Shown: positions 41,032 to 50,938 of the stretch, in pieces | Layout: every line of letters starts with the position of its first letter | Numbering within the stretch: position 1 is the first letter of the stretch | Source: Candidatus Hodarchaeota archaeon | GTDB taxonomy: Archaea; Asgardarchaeota; Heimdallarchaeia; Hodarchaeales; Hodarchaeaceae | Assembly: GCA_016839815.1 (NCBI GenBank) | Contig: JAEOTM010000160.1 | Span: 1-57,359 of the forward strand | Direction of reading: 5' to 3' | DNA length: 57,359 nt | Made by a program: the position numbers and the translations under genes | Notes under the pieces: model-generated | Told to the model about the DNA's origin: nothing | Databases searched by the model: none | The model's input: only the letters and a program-made list of their open reading frames with translations

Positions 41032-42165
41032 ATGTCTGAATGGGATTTAATTCTTTACACAGATGATAAGCAGAAAAATGTCAAGAATAAGCTAAAGCTT
41101 TCCGATAAAACCTTGTCTGCTGCAGGACAACACGGAAAAGCCACGATTTTGATTGATAATAAAGGGAAAGAATGGCTTCTTAAAGTCTTTTCAAAGATTC
41201 TTGACCTAGATGTGAAAAAAGTATCTGACCTAGACATCGATATCAAAGATACACCTGAACGTAGTCGTGATCGACTTCATTTATGGAGAGTACTAAACGA
41301 AATCACTGCTTCACGACTTGGCAGGCGGTTATACTTAAATGTACCAGAAACACATCTTATTTGTTCTGGGAAAATTGCTAAACTCGCACTTACACCCTCC
41401 ACTATCCTGAAAGAGGAAGATGTCGTTGTTTTGGATGAGGAAGAGGAAGAGGGAGAGACAGCCGAGGAATTCTATTTGTACTCGGAACGAGAAGTTGGAT
41501 CTTTAAAAACTTCAACTCGTTTTGAAAATCTTCTTGCTAAAAAAAGTAGTCGTGAAGATTCCACCGATGTACTGGCATTACTCCAAGAAAAAATTCCGAA
41601 TAGTCAAAATATTGATGAATACTTGGAAACTCAAAAAGCGGACTTAGATGGAGCTTTTGCTACAATACAAAGTATTGATGATGCTTTTCTACTTTTACCG
41701 TTTGATATCTGGTTAAATGACCCTGATCGTAATGCTGGAAACTATTTAATTCAGTTGAACCAAAAGAACGTAGCTTCAAAAATATGGGGCATTGATTACG
41801 AAATGTGGTCCTTTGGAAGTGATATTTGGATGGAAGAAGATAATATAACTCAAGGTAGAAGTTATCTCACTGCTATCATTCATCCTAAAAGCCATATATT
41901 TGATTCACGAGTTAATCAAACTTTTTATCGAATACGAATGCTTTCTGATGAGGAAGTTATTAAAATGACGAAGGCTCCACAGTTAGCCTGTAAATTTTTT
42001 GAATATCATGTAAATAAAGAAAATTTATCTTCTGATGAAAGAGAAAAATTGAAACAGGTGGAAGTTAACTTAGAAGATTTTCTTATTGAGTCACGACCAC
42101 GATCAGATAAACTTAGCGAAATCATAGCGAGGCAAATTGGATTACCAAAGGATTTTAAAACGTGA
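41032..42165 (+). CDS. hypothetical protein, possible HipA-like/atypical kinase fold
   Basis: LPFDIWLNDPDRNAGNYLIQ resembles a HipA-type catalytic loop (DxxxxN). Weak. Confidence 0.3.
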   Translation: MSEWDLILYTDDKQKNVKNKLKLSDKTLSAAGQHGKATILIDNKGKEWLLKVFSKILDLDVKKVSDLDIDIKDTPERSRDRLHLWRVLNEITASRLGRRLYLNVPETHLICSGKIAKLALTPSTILKEEDVVVLDEEEEEGETAEEFYLYSEREVGSLKTSTRFENLLAKKSSREDSTDVLALLQEKIPNSQNIDEYLETQKADLDGAFATIQSIDDAFLLLPFDIWLNDPDRNAGNYLIQLNQKNVASKIWGIDYEMWSFGSDIWMEEDNITQGRSYLTAIIHPKSHIFDSRVNQTFYRIRMLSDEEVIKMTKAPQLACKFFEYHVNKENLSSDEREKLKQVEVNLEDFLIESRPRSDKLSEIIARQIGLPKDFKT

Positions 42166-42172
42166 GAGGTCC

Positions 42173-43348
42173 CTATCCATTTAGTTCCAGTAGTTTCTGA
42201 GATTTTAACGCCATCAGGTATTCTTCATTAGTTGGTATTACTAGAACTTGAACTTGAGAATTATTGGCTGAAATTGTTGTTTCTTCTTCCCCAATTGCTT
42301 CTTTATTACTAGAAGAGTCTAGAATTACGCCTAAACTTCCTAATCCATCCATGATTAATTCTCGGAAATACGGGGATCTTTCACCTATTCCACCCGTAAA
42401 TATAATTACATCTAATCCTCCCAATACAACAGAGTAGGCTCCTATATATTTCTGAATCCGATAAACAGCCATTTGGATAGCTAACTGCTCTTTTGAGTGT
42501 CCGCTCTGAGCACGGCTCTGGATATCACGCATATCTCTAAATCGGCCTGTAATTCCTAAGAAACCACTTTGAGAATTCAGTTCATAATCAATTTGATCTA
42601 TTGACAAGTTTTCAGATCGCATCATGGCAAGCATTATTCCTGGGTCAAGATCCCCAGAGCGAGTACCCATTATCAGTCCTTCAAGAGGAGTTAATCCCAT
42701 ACTTGTATCGACAGATTTTCCATCGTAGATAGCTGTTACTGATGCTCCATTACCGAGATGTAAAACGATAATTCTCTTACAATTTTCTGATTCCAATTTA
42801 TCTATAGCTCTATTGGTTACATATTCAACAGATGTACCATGAAAACCATATCTTCGATAAGAGTATTTTTCATACCATTTTCTTGAGATCGCATACTGAA
42901 AGGCATATTCTGGAATAGTATTATGAAATGAGGTGTCAAAAACAGCAATATGAGGAATTTTTGGGAGTTTCTTCTTACTAGCACGAATTCCCATGAGATT
43001 TGCAGGATTATGAAGCGGAGCAAGCTCAGAAAGATTTTTTATTTGGTTTTCAATCTCATTATCAATGACCACTTCTTTCCGGAACTCTTCACCACCATGT
43101 ACAACTCTATGGGCTACCGCGGCAATATCCTCTAAATTGAAAAATTTTAAAACATAATCAAGAGCATCTTCATGGTTCTTACAGCTTATTTCCTTTTTAA
43201 GCTCTTTATCTTCACCATTATGGACAATTTGAGAATTGGATAAACCAATCCTTTCTACTAATCCTTTAGCTAATAGCTGTTCAGATTCCATATTGTAAAT
43301 CGAATATTTGAGAGAAGATGAACCAGAATTTATGGTTAGGATAATCAA
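42173..43348 (-). CDS. ackA: acetate kinase
   Basis: MIILTINSGSSSLKY N-terminal ASKHA motif, VHGG, HLGNG, IFTGGIGE signature motifs. 391 aa. Confidence 0.9.
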   Translation of the reverse strand: MIILTINSGSSSLKYSIYNMESEQLLAKGLVERIGLSNSQIVHNGEDKELKKEISCKNHEDALDYVLKFFNLEDIAAVAHRVVHGGEEFRKEVVIDNEIENQIKNLSELAPLHNPANLMGIRASKKKLPKIPHIAVFDTSFHNTIPEYAFQYAISRKWYEKYSYRRYGFHGTSVEYVTNRAIDKLESENCKRIIVLHLGNGASVTAIYDGKSVDTSMGLTPLEGLIMGTRSGDLDPGIMLAMMRSENLSIDQIDYELNSQSGFLGITGRFRDMRDIQSRAQSGHSKEQLAIQMAVYRIQKYIGAYSVVLGGLDVIIFTGGIGERSPYFRELIMDGLGSLGVILDSSSNKEAIGEEETTISANNSQVQVLVIPTNEEYLMALKSQKLLELNG

Positions 43349-43358
43349 CCAAAACCCT

Positions 43359-44807
43359 CTAATAAGTACCTGACTTCGAATCGGTTCCTTTTACGATAGC
43401 TATTGAGGCAGAAGCTCCAATTCTAGTTGCACCCGCGTTGATCATTTGTTCTGCAATTTCATGAGTTCTAATTCCACCTGCAGCCTTTACTCCCATTTCT
43501 GGACCTACTGTTTTGCGCATGAGTGCGATATCCTCAACTAATGCTCCTGCGGTGCTAAAACCAGTGGAAGTTTTCACAAAATCTGCACCACTTAATTTTG
43601 TTAAAAGGCTACCTTTCACAATTTGCTCCTTGGTTAGTAGAGCAGTTTCAAGAATAACTTTAACAATAGCTTTTCCAGCCGCAGCATTTACAACAGCTTG
43701 GATATCTTCCCTAACTAGATCGTCATTTCCTGATTTTAAAGCACCAACGTTAATCACCATATCTACTTCTTCTGCACCATTTGCTATAGCATCACGTGTC
43801 TCAATGGCTTTTACTGTTGGAGTTGTGGCTCCTAAAGGAAAACCAATTACGGTACACACTTTTACAGAACTACCTTTCAGATATTTTGCTGCTTTTGAGA
43901 CGTTTGTTGGATTAATACACACTGTGGCAAATTTATACGTAGCTGCTTCTTCACAAAGCTGTTTAATCTCTTCATCCGTCGCATCTGCACGTAAATTCGT
44001 GTGATCGATGTATTGAGCCAACCCCATATCATAACCGTTAATTCCCGTTTCAGAGGTTATCCTTGTGGCTCCTCCATTAACTAATGCTTTGACTGCAACT
44101 TGAGATTTTCCATCTAAGCCAATATCTTTTCCTGCAGTCCCAACTGTGTAGGTACGACTAGAGGGGGATGGAATATAAGAAGAAGGATCCTGATCGGTAA
44201 GATTTTGTACCTCTACAATTTTTATTCCCATAGATCTTAATTGATCTACAATCCCTTCAATTCTTCTATTCATAGCTGGTGGCACTTGATCTTTTTCAAT
44301 TTGACAACAATATATTGAATCATAAGCAGCAATCACAGGTTTTCCATACATCAATCCGAAAACAAGTGTAATTGTACCAAGAGTATCTGCATTTAACGCA
44401 GCCACCTTAGCTGCTGTATTTAAAGAAAGAATAGGCACATAGATAACATCAATTTTTCCTAAGATGTTTTCAAAATACTCTTCGGAATAATCTGTGATAA
44501 TCATAGCTCCTTCAGAGACTTTTCTAATATCAGGCATTCCGATGATTTTGATAGCTGCACGAGTCATAACGATGTACGTATTTGTATAGGATTTAGTTAT
44601 TAGTTCTATTTGATGCATTACTTCATTGATTTCTTTATTTCCACCGCATAGGAGAATCAAAGCAGAGGTTCCTGAGGAAATACTGTAATTTACTTTCTTA
44701 TTAGAAGTCTGTAACCTTGGGTTTGACTGTGTTGGAGGAGTAAGTGAATCCTGATCAAGCTTTCTCATAACCTCCTCTGTAATTTTTTGTATCATTTCAT
44801 TACTCAT
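43359..44807 (-). CDS. deoC: deoxyribose-phosphate aldolase (DeoC) with N-terminal encapsulation-peptide-like helix and ~200-aa extra domain
   Basis: C-terminal ~230 aa align with DeoC, including Schiff-base Lys in FVKTSTGF. N-terminal [17 protein letters not shown] amphipathic helix plus linker. Middle alpha/beta domain unassigned. Confidence 0.8.
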   Translation of the reverse strand: MSNEMIQKITEEVMRKLDQDSLTPPTQSNPRLQTSNKKVNYSISSGTSALILLCGGNKEINEVMHQIELITKSYTNTYIVMTRAAIKIIGMPDIRKVSEGAMIITDYSEEYFENILGKIDVIYVPILSLNTAAKVAALNADTLGTITLVFGLMYGKPVIAAYDSIYCCQIEKDQVPPAMNRRIEGIVDQLRSMGIKIVEVQNLTDQDPSSYIPSPSSRTYTVGTAGKDIGLDGKSQVAVKALVNGGATRITSETGINGYDMGLAQYIDHTNLRADATDEEIKQLCEEAATYKFATVCINPTNVSKAAKYLKGSSVKVCTVIGFPLGATTPTVKAIETRDAIANGAEEVDMVINVGALKSGNDDLVREDIQAVVNAAAGKAIVKVILETALLTKEQIVKGSLLTKLSGADFVKTSTGFSTAGALVEDIALMRKTVGPEMGVKAAGGIRTHEIAEQMINAGATRIGASASIAIVKGTDSKSGTY

Positions 44808-44826
44808 TTAGTATACCTTCTTGACC

Positions 44827-45117
44827 TTAACTTAATTCTATTTGTTTTCCGTTGACTTCGACGTAGTCCACGACACCTATTATTAATGCATCAACCGCTG
44901 CTTTATCATTTTGCATTATCCCTCGTATAGAGTTACCTTCGCGAATCACAAGAACACAATCTCCAATTCCGGCTTTTGCTGTATCCAACGCGATAATTGA
45001 TGGATCAGTAAACTCTCCTTTCAAATCTATCGGACGTACTACTAGTATCTTTCCATTTTCATGACTTTCCGTCTTGATTGGAGCTACTACATTCCCAATA
45101 ACTTTAGCAAGAATCAT
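44827..45117 (-). CDS. BMC vertex protein (BMC-P, EutN/PduN/CcmL family)
   Basis: 96 aa, MILAKVIGNVVAPIK...GIGDCVLVIREG...IIGVVDYVEV is the EutN fold. Confidence 0.85.
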   Translation of the reverse strand: MILAKVIGNVVAPIKTESHENGKILVVRPIDLKGEFTDPSIIALDTAKAGIGDCVLVIREGNSIRGIMQNDKAAVDALIIGVVDYVEVNGKQIELS

Positions 45118-45656
45118 TCTGACTCACTCACTACAGGTTCAGGCTCAATTTCTTGAATTTTTTTTGGTATTTTCTTTCTAACTGATTTTTTCCTAGGTTT
45201 TTTCTTAGGAATAGGTTTCGTTTCTTCATCTACTTCCGCAGGAGGAACTTTAGATTTAGGGATCGATTCTAGAGCTGTTTTTTCTGTAATTTCCCTGATT
45301 TCTTCCTCAGGTTCTTCCTCAAGTGGTTTCAGTGTGGGTGGTGGTGCTTTCTTCTTCCGTTTTCTCTGAGGTTTTCGTTTTGCACTTTTAGTTACATAAT
45401 ACTCCTCTACATAACCTACAATACACTCATCAATTGGAACAAGCTCTTTCGGAAATACAATAGCTGCTTCTTTTTTACTGACAACATATACAATATCTCC
45501 AGGTCCTGCCGTCTCGATTCCATCAGCAGCAACATAAGGGGTTCCTAAGGGCTGAAGATTATCGTCTAATCCTTGGACTATTAGAAGTCGTAATGAATTC
45601 AAACCTGGATCTTTTGTCGAGGCAACAACATTTCCTATTACTTTACCAAGTTTCAT
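45114..45656 (-). CDS. BMC-P vertex protein with ~90-aa Lys/Glu/Pro-rich C-terminal tail
   Basis: N-terminal 90 aa EutN-like (MKLGKVIGNVVAST...). C-terminal KRKPQRKRKKKAPPPTLKPLEEEPEEE...KKKPRKKSVRKKIPKK is low-complexity. ATGA overlap with the downstream gene. Confidence 0.8.
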   Translation of the reverse strand: MKLGKVIGNVVASTKDPGLNSLRLLIVQGLDDNLQPLGTPYVAADGIETAGPGDIVYVVSKKEAAIVFPKELVPIDECIVGYVEEYYVTKSAKRKPQRKRKKKAPPPTLKPLEEEPEEEIREITEKTALESIPKSKVPPAEVDEETKPIPKKKPRKKSVRKKIPKKIQEIEPEPVVSESE

Positions 45657-45660
45657 ATAA

Positions 45661-46119
45661 TCACGCTGACTTCAGATATTTTAATTCAATTTCAGTAATT
45701 TTATTCACTCTCGTTTCATGCCTTCCTCCACCAACTGGAGTAGTCAACCAGATTTTAACAATATTTTGAGCAATACCAGGTCCGATAACTCTTGCACCTA
45801 AAGTTAGGACATTTGAGTTATTGTGTTCTCGTGCAGAATTAGCAGTAAATTCATCAGTACATGGAGTAGCTCTGATTCCTTTTATCTTGTTGGCAATAAT
45901 TGCACTAGCAACTCCTGTTCCATCGATTATAATTCCTACGGATTCTAAGGACACAGCTACTGTCTGAGCCACTAATAAAGCGATATCAGGATAATCCACA
46001 GGATCAGTAGAATAACATCCATAATCTGTAACGTCATATCCTAATCCTTTAAGGAATTTAATCAAATCTTTCTTCAGATGATATCCTCCATGATCGGATC
46101 CAATTATTATTTTCTTCAT
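45661..46119 (-). CDS. rpiB: ribose-5-phosphate isomerase B / sugar-phosphate isomerase (RpiB/LacAB)
   Basis: MKKIIIGSDHGGYHLK...GCYSTDPVDYPD...GTGVASAIIANK...VLTLGARVIG is the RpiB family, 152 aa. Confidence 0.85.
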   Translation of the reverse strand: MKKIIIGSDHGGYHLKKDLIKFLKGLGYDVTDYGCYSTDPVDYPDIALLVAQTVAVSLESVGIIIDGTGVASAIIANKIKGIRATPCTDEFTANSAREHNNSNVLTLGARVIGPGIAQNIVKIWLTTPVGGGRHETRVNKITEIELKYLKSA

Positions 46120-46144
46120 TTGAATTCAACATGTTAAATAGACT

Positions 46145-46690
46145 TTAAAGTAGAGTTTTCACTAAATCGGGGTGAGGAGCAGGAATTATTGCTATAGAGA
46201 GTATTAATCCTTCGCCCTTTACGCGATTAACCCCTGCTTCCACAGCTGCTCTTACAGCACCAACTTCTCCTGTTAAGACTACGAAAGCTTTTCCACCAAT
46301 TGCACGACTCATCCGAATTTCGACTAGCCGCACCTGTGCACTTTTCACAGCCTCATCACCAACCATTATGGCCGTTGGAGCAGAATATGTTTCGACGACT
46401 CCGATTGCACCAACTTCATCGATATTTGTTGAACCTGCAATTGCGGGGAATACCTCAGGGTGAATGTTTGGTATCACTGTATAATTTACTAGGGTTTCAC
46501 CAGCGATTTCACTTCCAGCAATCAAGGAGCTTTGAACAGCTGCAACTGCTCCTTGAATTATTATCAAATACTTCCCAGGGCATACTGGTGATGCGAATAG
46601 CAGCTCTACGTCAGCTGTTTTTACAATCGTATCCGCACTTAATATACCTCGAGCAATTACATTCGTCTCAAGAACTCCGATTGCGCGCAT
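46145..46690 (-). CDS. BMC-T tandem-domain shell protein, PduT-like with conserved Fe-S cysteine
   Basis: Two BMC domains in 181 aa. SPVCPGKYLII matches PduT ICPGKFLL (the Cys that ligates the trimer 4Fe-4S). Second domain AIGVVETYS... Confidence 0.8.
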   Translation of the reverse strand: MRAIGVLETNVIARGILSADTIVKTADVELLFASPVCPGKYLIIIQGAVAAVQSSLIAGSEIAGETLVNYTVIPNIHPEVFPAIAGSTNIDEVGAIGVVETYSAPTAIMVGDEAVKSAQVRLVEIRMSRAIGGKAFVVLTGEVGAVRAAVEAGVNRVKGEGLILSIAIIPAPHPDLVKTLL

Positions 46691-46766
46691 TTATCTTACC
46701 TCTTTGACCGTAAATAAAGATGAAAGTAGTGAATATTAGCTGCTTTATCCACAGCTAATCGTTCAT

Positions 46767-47045
46767 TCAACCTTTCTTTGGAAGTATACTCTCAACTTCA
46801 TCATGAGGTCGTGGAATCACATGAGCTGAAGTTAATTCACCAACTTTTCGCGCAGCAACTGCACCAGCTTCAACAGAAGCTTTGACAGCACCTACATCAC
46901 CTCTAACCATTACAGTGACGAATCCACCGCCAATAACTTCGCGTCCCATTAGATGAACGTTCGCTGCTTTCACCATAGCGTCAGCCGCTTCAATAGATGC
47001 AACTAACCCTTTTGTTTCTATTAATCCAAGTGCTTCTTTAGCCAT
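46767..47045 (-). CDS. BMC-H hexameric shell protein (PduA/EutM-like)
   Basis: [27 protein letters not shown]...[23 protein letters not shown] is the canonical Pfam00936 sequence. Confidence 0.9.
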   Translation of the reverse strand: MAKEALGLIETKGLVASIEAADAMVKAANVHLMGREVIGGGFVTVMVRGDVGAVKASVEAGAVAARKVGELTSAHVIPRPHDEVESILPKKG

Positions 47046-47071
47046 TTTTTATTTCACCAATTTTTCTTGTT

Positions 47072-48397
47072 TTATTTTGTCTTTTCAATGACAATTTCTT
47101 GTCCAATATGCCGGATAATCCCGCTGATACTCGCGTGAATTACCGCACCTAGTGACCCATCAGGAATTTTCCCAATGAGTGCACCTTTTTCTACCGTTTC
47201 TCCTACTTTCACAATGGGAATAGCAGGGTCACCGATATGTTGTTTGAGAGGTATTGAGACTTGTCGAACCTGCATCTTCCGTTTTTGAATTGGACAATCG
47301 TGATTATAACTAATTAAATCCAATCGAGAAATTAGTCGTTTTACAGGTAGTTTTCGGTATTCCCTCTCAGGATGAATCGATAGTACTTTTCGATTATGAG
47401 AATTTTTTAATCCTTCCGCTCTCAACTGTTCTTTAACTTCTGTCATCATTTTACAGGGATCTAAACCCATAGGACATCCATAATAAGTACAGGCTCCACA
47501 TTCTACACAAAGGAATGTTCCAGTCATATATTCAGGTCTTTCGGGTGCTCCCCAAGCTATACCTCGCATGACTTTATCAGGGTATAATTCATGACCTAAC
47601 AAAAACCTAGGACACACTTCTGTGCATAATTGGCATCTTATACAGGCCGCTTTGGTAACTATAACTTTAGAGGAAATCCTTTCATTTTTCATTTTTAAAA
47701 CGAAATGATCCTTAGGTAAGACTATAATTCCAGAAGTTAATTTTGTAATAGCTTCTTTAGGATCAATAGCTTTACCCATCATTGGACCATTAATTAATAT
47801 ACCATAATTATCGATTGTAGCTCCTCCTGCGGCTTTGATTGCATCTTTTATGGAGGTGCCTATTGGAAAATCCATAGTAGTGGGATTTTTTACTGCACCT
47901 GTAATAGTAACGTATCGAGAGACAATCGATTTGCCTTCAGAAGCTTCAGAAAGGTTTATTAACGTGTATACATTATTAACTACCACCCCTATATCAAGAG
48001 GAAGCCCACTTTCCGGAATTATTTTCCCTAAGGCCTCATACACTAGAACATGCTCATCTCCAGCAGGATAAACATCATCTAGTAGGAGAATTTCAAGTCG
48101 TGAATCTGTTTTTATTACCTGTTTTAGCTTCTTAATTGCAGCTTTATATTTTCTTTTTACTGCAATAATCCCTCTTTTTGCCCCAGTTGCTTTCATCCCT
48201 AATTGTAGTCCATTCACTAATTTTTCTGGGAAAGCTACCATTAATTGTTGATCTACTCGTAAAAGAGGTTCACATTCTGCTGCATTCACAATGTAGGTAT
48301 CCACTTTTGCAGATAGCTTTATATGAGTAGGAAAGCCAGCTCCTCCTGCTCCTACTATACCAGAATTGCGAGCCATTTCTACAATATCGGAACTCAA
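47072..48397 (-). CDS. PduS/RnfC-like Fe-S flavoprotein oxidoreductase
   Basis: GAGGAGFPT NAD(H)-binding motif and two 4Fe-4S motifs (CIRCQLCTEVCP, CVECGACTYYGCP). 441 aa. Confidence 0.75.
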   Translation of the reverse strand: MSSDIVEMARNSGIVGAGGAGFPTHIKLSAKVDTYIVNAAECEPLLRVDQQLMVAFPEKLVNGLQLGMKATGAKRGIIAVKRKYKAAIKKLKQVIKTDSRLEILLLDDVYPAGDEHVLVYEALGKIIPESGLPLDIGVVVNNVYTLINLSEASEGKSIVSRYVTITGAVKNPTTMDFPIGTSIKDAIKAAGGATIDNYGILINGPMMGKAIDPKEAITKLTSGIIVLPKDHFVLKMKNERISSKVIVTKAACIRCQLCTEVCPRFLLGHELYPDKVMRGIAWGAPERPEYMTGTFLCVECGACTYYGCPMGLDPCKMMTEVKEQLRAEGLKNSHNRKVLSIHPEREYRKLPVKRLISRLDLISYNHDCPIQKRKMQVRQVSIPLKQHIGDPAIPIVKVGETVEKGALIGKIPDGSLGAVIHASISGIIRHIGQEIVIEKTK

Positions 48398-48423
48398 CTA
48401 ATTTTGCCTCTTTTATGATAATA

Positions 48424-49851
48424 TCATATTATTCTGAAAGCATCTACAAGAGTACATCGTCTTTGTCTTGTAAAGGTTCTTGCAGAGGTAAGTCCTTCTC
48501 CTGTTGGACCTGCTATCGTCATGGTAGTGTACCCCTCTCCTCCGAAACCTATTCCAGCCAATGATGGTGCATTTTTAACGAAGATGGTTGTTTCTATATT
48601 TTTTGCTACTAAACTCATATTCCCTACTGAATCACTCCACATCATTGCTGTATGCTTAAATCCATGTTCTGCTTTCTTAGCCTTTCGTAACGCTTCCTCT
48701 ATTGTCTTAACCCGAACTATTGGGAGAACAGGCATTAACATCTCAGAAATCACAAATGGGTGTTCATCATCAGGCACCTCAGCAATTATTAAGCGAATAT
48801 TATCGCTAACTTGGATACCTATTCCCTCAAGAATTACTTTAGCATCTTTCCCAATGAAATCTCTATTGACGATAGGAAATCTTCCCTTCTTCCCTGTAAA
48901 CACAAGATTCTCCAATTGAATGATTTGGTCTCCAGTAAGTTCATATGCCCCATAATTCTTCATTTCTGCCTTTAATCGGTTCGTAATTGCGTCAAATGCA
49001 AAGACTTCCTTTTCAACAATGCAAACAATATTATTATCAAAACTTGCACCTTCCACAATCCCCCTCGCTGCTTTTTGAATATCAGCTGTATCATCCACAA
49101 TGACAGGAGGATTTCCTGGACCAGCACAGACTGCTTTCTTTCCAGATTGCATAGCCGCTTTAACAACCGCACTACCCCCAGTTACTACCAAGCATCTTAT
49201 TTTCTTGTGGGTCATTAGAGTCTGTGCTGACTTGATTGTGGGGGATATTGTTGACGTAAGCACATTCTCTGGACCTCCAGCTTCTAAAATTGCCCTATTC
49301 AATAATCTGACTGCTTCATTACTTGCTCTTTTAGCTGAGGGATGAGGATTAAAAACTACTGAATTTCCTGCAGTAACCATTGAAATTCCGTTGTTAATAA
49401 CGGTTGCAGTTGGATTGGTCGAGGGCGTAATAGATCCAATTACACCGTATGGGGCCATTTCAACTAATGTTAATCCTTTATCTCCTGTCCATGTATTTGG
49501 TACTAAATCTTCTAGCCCAGGAGTCTTACGGGCACATAATAAGTTTTTTGCAACCTTATCCTCTAATCGTCCTAAATTAGTCTCTTGAATTGCTAATTCA
49601 GCAAGATATCGGGAATGTTTGATGGCTGTATCACGCATTGATTGGATAATTTCTTTACGCTTTTCAAGTGAAAGATCCATTAATGCAGTTTGACTTTTTT
49701 CTGCAGCTTCAATGGCCTGCTCAATGTTCTGAAATATACCCCCTCCTGCAACGGCGGGGAGATTTTCTAAACCCGAATAAACCTGATAAGCACGTATTTT
49801 TTGTACAACAGTATTGACGATTTTGGCAATTTGTTGTTCATCATATGTCAT
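48424..49851 (-). CDS. CoA-acylating aldehyde dehydrogenase (EutE/PduP family) with N-terminal encapsulation-peptide-like helix
   Basis: Strong EutE-like blocks (GPGNPPVIVDDTADI, catalytic Cys in DNNIVCIVEKEVF, C-terminal TSARTFTRQRRC). N-terminal EQQIAKIVNTVVQKI amphipathic helix. Confidence 0.85.
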   Translation of the reverse strand: MTYDEQQIAKIVNTVVQKIRAYQVYSGLENLPAVAGGGIFQNIEQAIEAAEKSQTALMDLSLEKRKEIIQSMRDTAIKHSRYLAELAIQETNLGRLEDKVAKNLLCARKTPGLEDLVPNTWTGDKGLTLVEMAPYGVIGSITPSTNPTATVINNGISMVTAGNSVVFNPHPSAKRASNEAVRLLNRAILEAGGPENVLTSTISPTIKSAQTLMTHKKIRCLVVTGGSAVVKAAMQSGKKAVCAGPGNPPVIVDDTADIQKAARGIVEGASFDNNIVCIVEKEVFAFDAITNRLKAEMKNYGAYELTGDQIIQLENLVFTGKKGRFPIVNRDFIGKDAKVILEGIGIQVSDNIRLIIAEVPDDEHPFVISEMLMPVLPIVRVKTIEEALRKAKKAEHGFKHTAMMWSDSVGNMSLVAKNIETTIFVKNAPSLAGIGFGGEGYTTMTIAGPTGEGLTSARTFTRQRRCTLVDAFRII

Positions 49852-49899
49852 TTAATTACCTTCACTTAAATGTAATTTCTATGTTGAATGAGGGAATCA

Positions 49900-50190
49900 T
49901 CACTTTCTATAGCTTTCTTTTCCATTTATCTGTATGAAATCAATTATTGCTTGAATTGTTGCATCAGTTGGTCGATCTTTAGTCATTGCAGTCAGACGAG
50001 AGGAGCTACCTGTTACAACTAACACTAATTCATCTTCTCCTGCTCCAACTGCATCAATAGCTACAAAGGGAGAGCTCTCTGGTTTTAGGTCAGTCATGTC
50101 CACTGGTTGAACAATTAAGAGTTTAAAACCTTTAATACCGGCATCCTTCTCAGTACTTACTACATTTCCGATAACCTTACATACTTTCAT
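49900..50190 (-). CDS. BMC vertex protein (BMC-P)
   Basis: MKVCKVIGNVVSTEK...GAGEDELVLVVTGSS is the EutN/CcmL fold, 96 aa. Confidence 0.85.
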   Translation of the reverse strand: MKVCKVIGNVVSTEKDAGIKGFKLLIVQPVDMTDLKPESSPFVAIDAVGAGEDELVLVVTGSSSRLTAMTKDRPTDATIQAIIDFIQINGKESYRK

Positions 50191-50201
50191 GTATTTTTCA
50201 C

Positions 50202-50921
50202 CTAAATCTTAATGATTTTTATATCTAGCATTTTGGCCTTTTCGTGAGCTAGAGGCGTTATAATAGTTGAATGTGGTACAAATATTTCATGAGTTTTACC
50301 TTGTAAATTCTCTAAATAATCTTCAGTTATTAAATCTGGAATAGCGGGAGTATGTTTGACAAATTGGTCAGCTAAATCGTCAACATTTACTAATCTAAAT
50401 CCCATTTCAATCAAAGTGGAAAGGTGTTTGCTCAATTGATTGGTCAATATCCCAGACGGCCCATAAGCAAACGTTAGTTCTGTTGGAGGAAATGGAGTAA
50501 CTATATAAACTGGAATTTGAGATAACAAGCCTTGAAGTAATAAATTAACTGTTGAATTAGAATCTTCTAAATGGGTGATTTTGTTAGCAAGCTCAAAACT
50601 AAAAGCACCATACATTACTGATTCAAGGTCGTTGTAAAACTGTAAACAAAAATCTCCGCTCGATTTAATTATAATATCCATAGTTGGAATTGATGCAGCT
50701 CGTGATGTGAATTTGAGGGCATCATTAATATCTTTCTTAGTCCAAATTAGAATCTTCGCCTGTTTTTGAGCTAGTCTGACAAGAGCATTGAACAAATCAT
50801 CCAGTCCTTGCCCCATATGTGTTAAGATGCCTAGTATTTCATATGGTCCAAGTTTTTGGTCAGGTGTGAGAACACTTCTTACTTGCTGAGTTACAAGTGA
50901 TTCAAGCTCTTTCTCATTCAA
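50202..50921 (-). CDS. BMC-associated protein of unknown function with N-terminal encapsulation-peptide-like helix
   Basis: KELESLVTQQVRSVL amphipathic N-terminus plus linker, then a 200-aa alpha/beta domain with no recognised motif. Embedded between shell genes. Confidence 0.4.
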   Translation of the reverse strand: MNEKELESLVTQQVRSVLTPDQKLGPYEILGILTHMGQGLDDLFNALVRLAQKQAKILIWTKKDINDALKFTSRAASIPTMDIIIKSSGDFCLQFYNDLESVMYGAFSFELANKITHLEDSNSTVNLLLQGLLSQIPVYIVTPFPPTELTFAYGPSGILTNQLSKHLSTLIEMGFRLVNVDDLADQFVKHTPAIPDLITEDYLENLQGKTHEIFVPHSTIITPLAHEKAKMLDIKIIKI

Positions 50922-50938
50922 GATGATAACCTTCTTCC

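Noticed and set aside
46145-47045. Elevated GC of the shell-protein genes as proof of very recent HGT
   Set aside because: BMC-H and BMC-T proteins are Ala/Gly/Val-rich, which inflates GC by itself. The enzyme genes in the operon (ackA, aldolase) have host-like AT-rich composition, so any transfer is probably not recent. Donor inference needs phylogeny.
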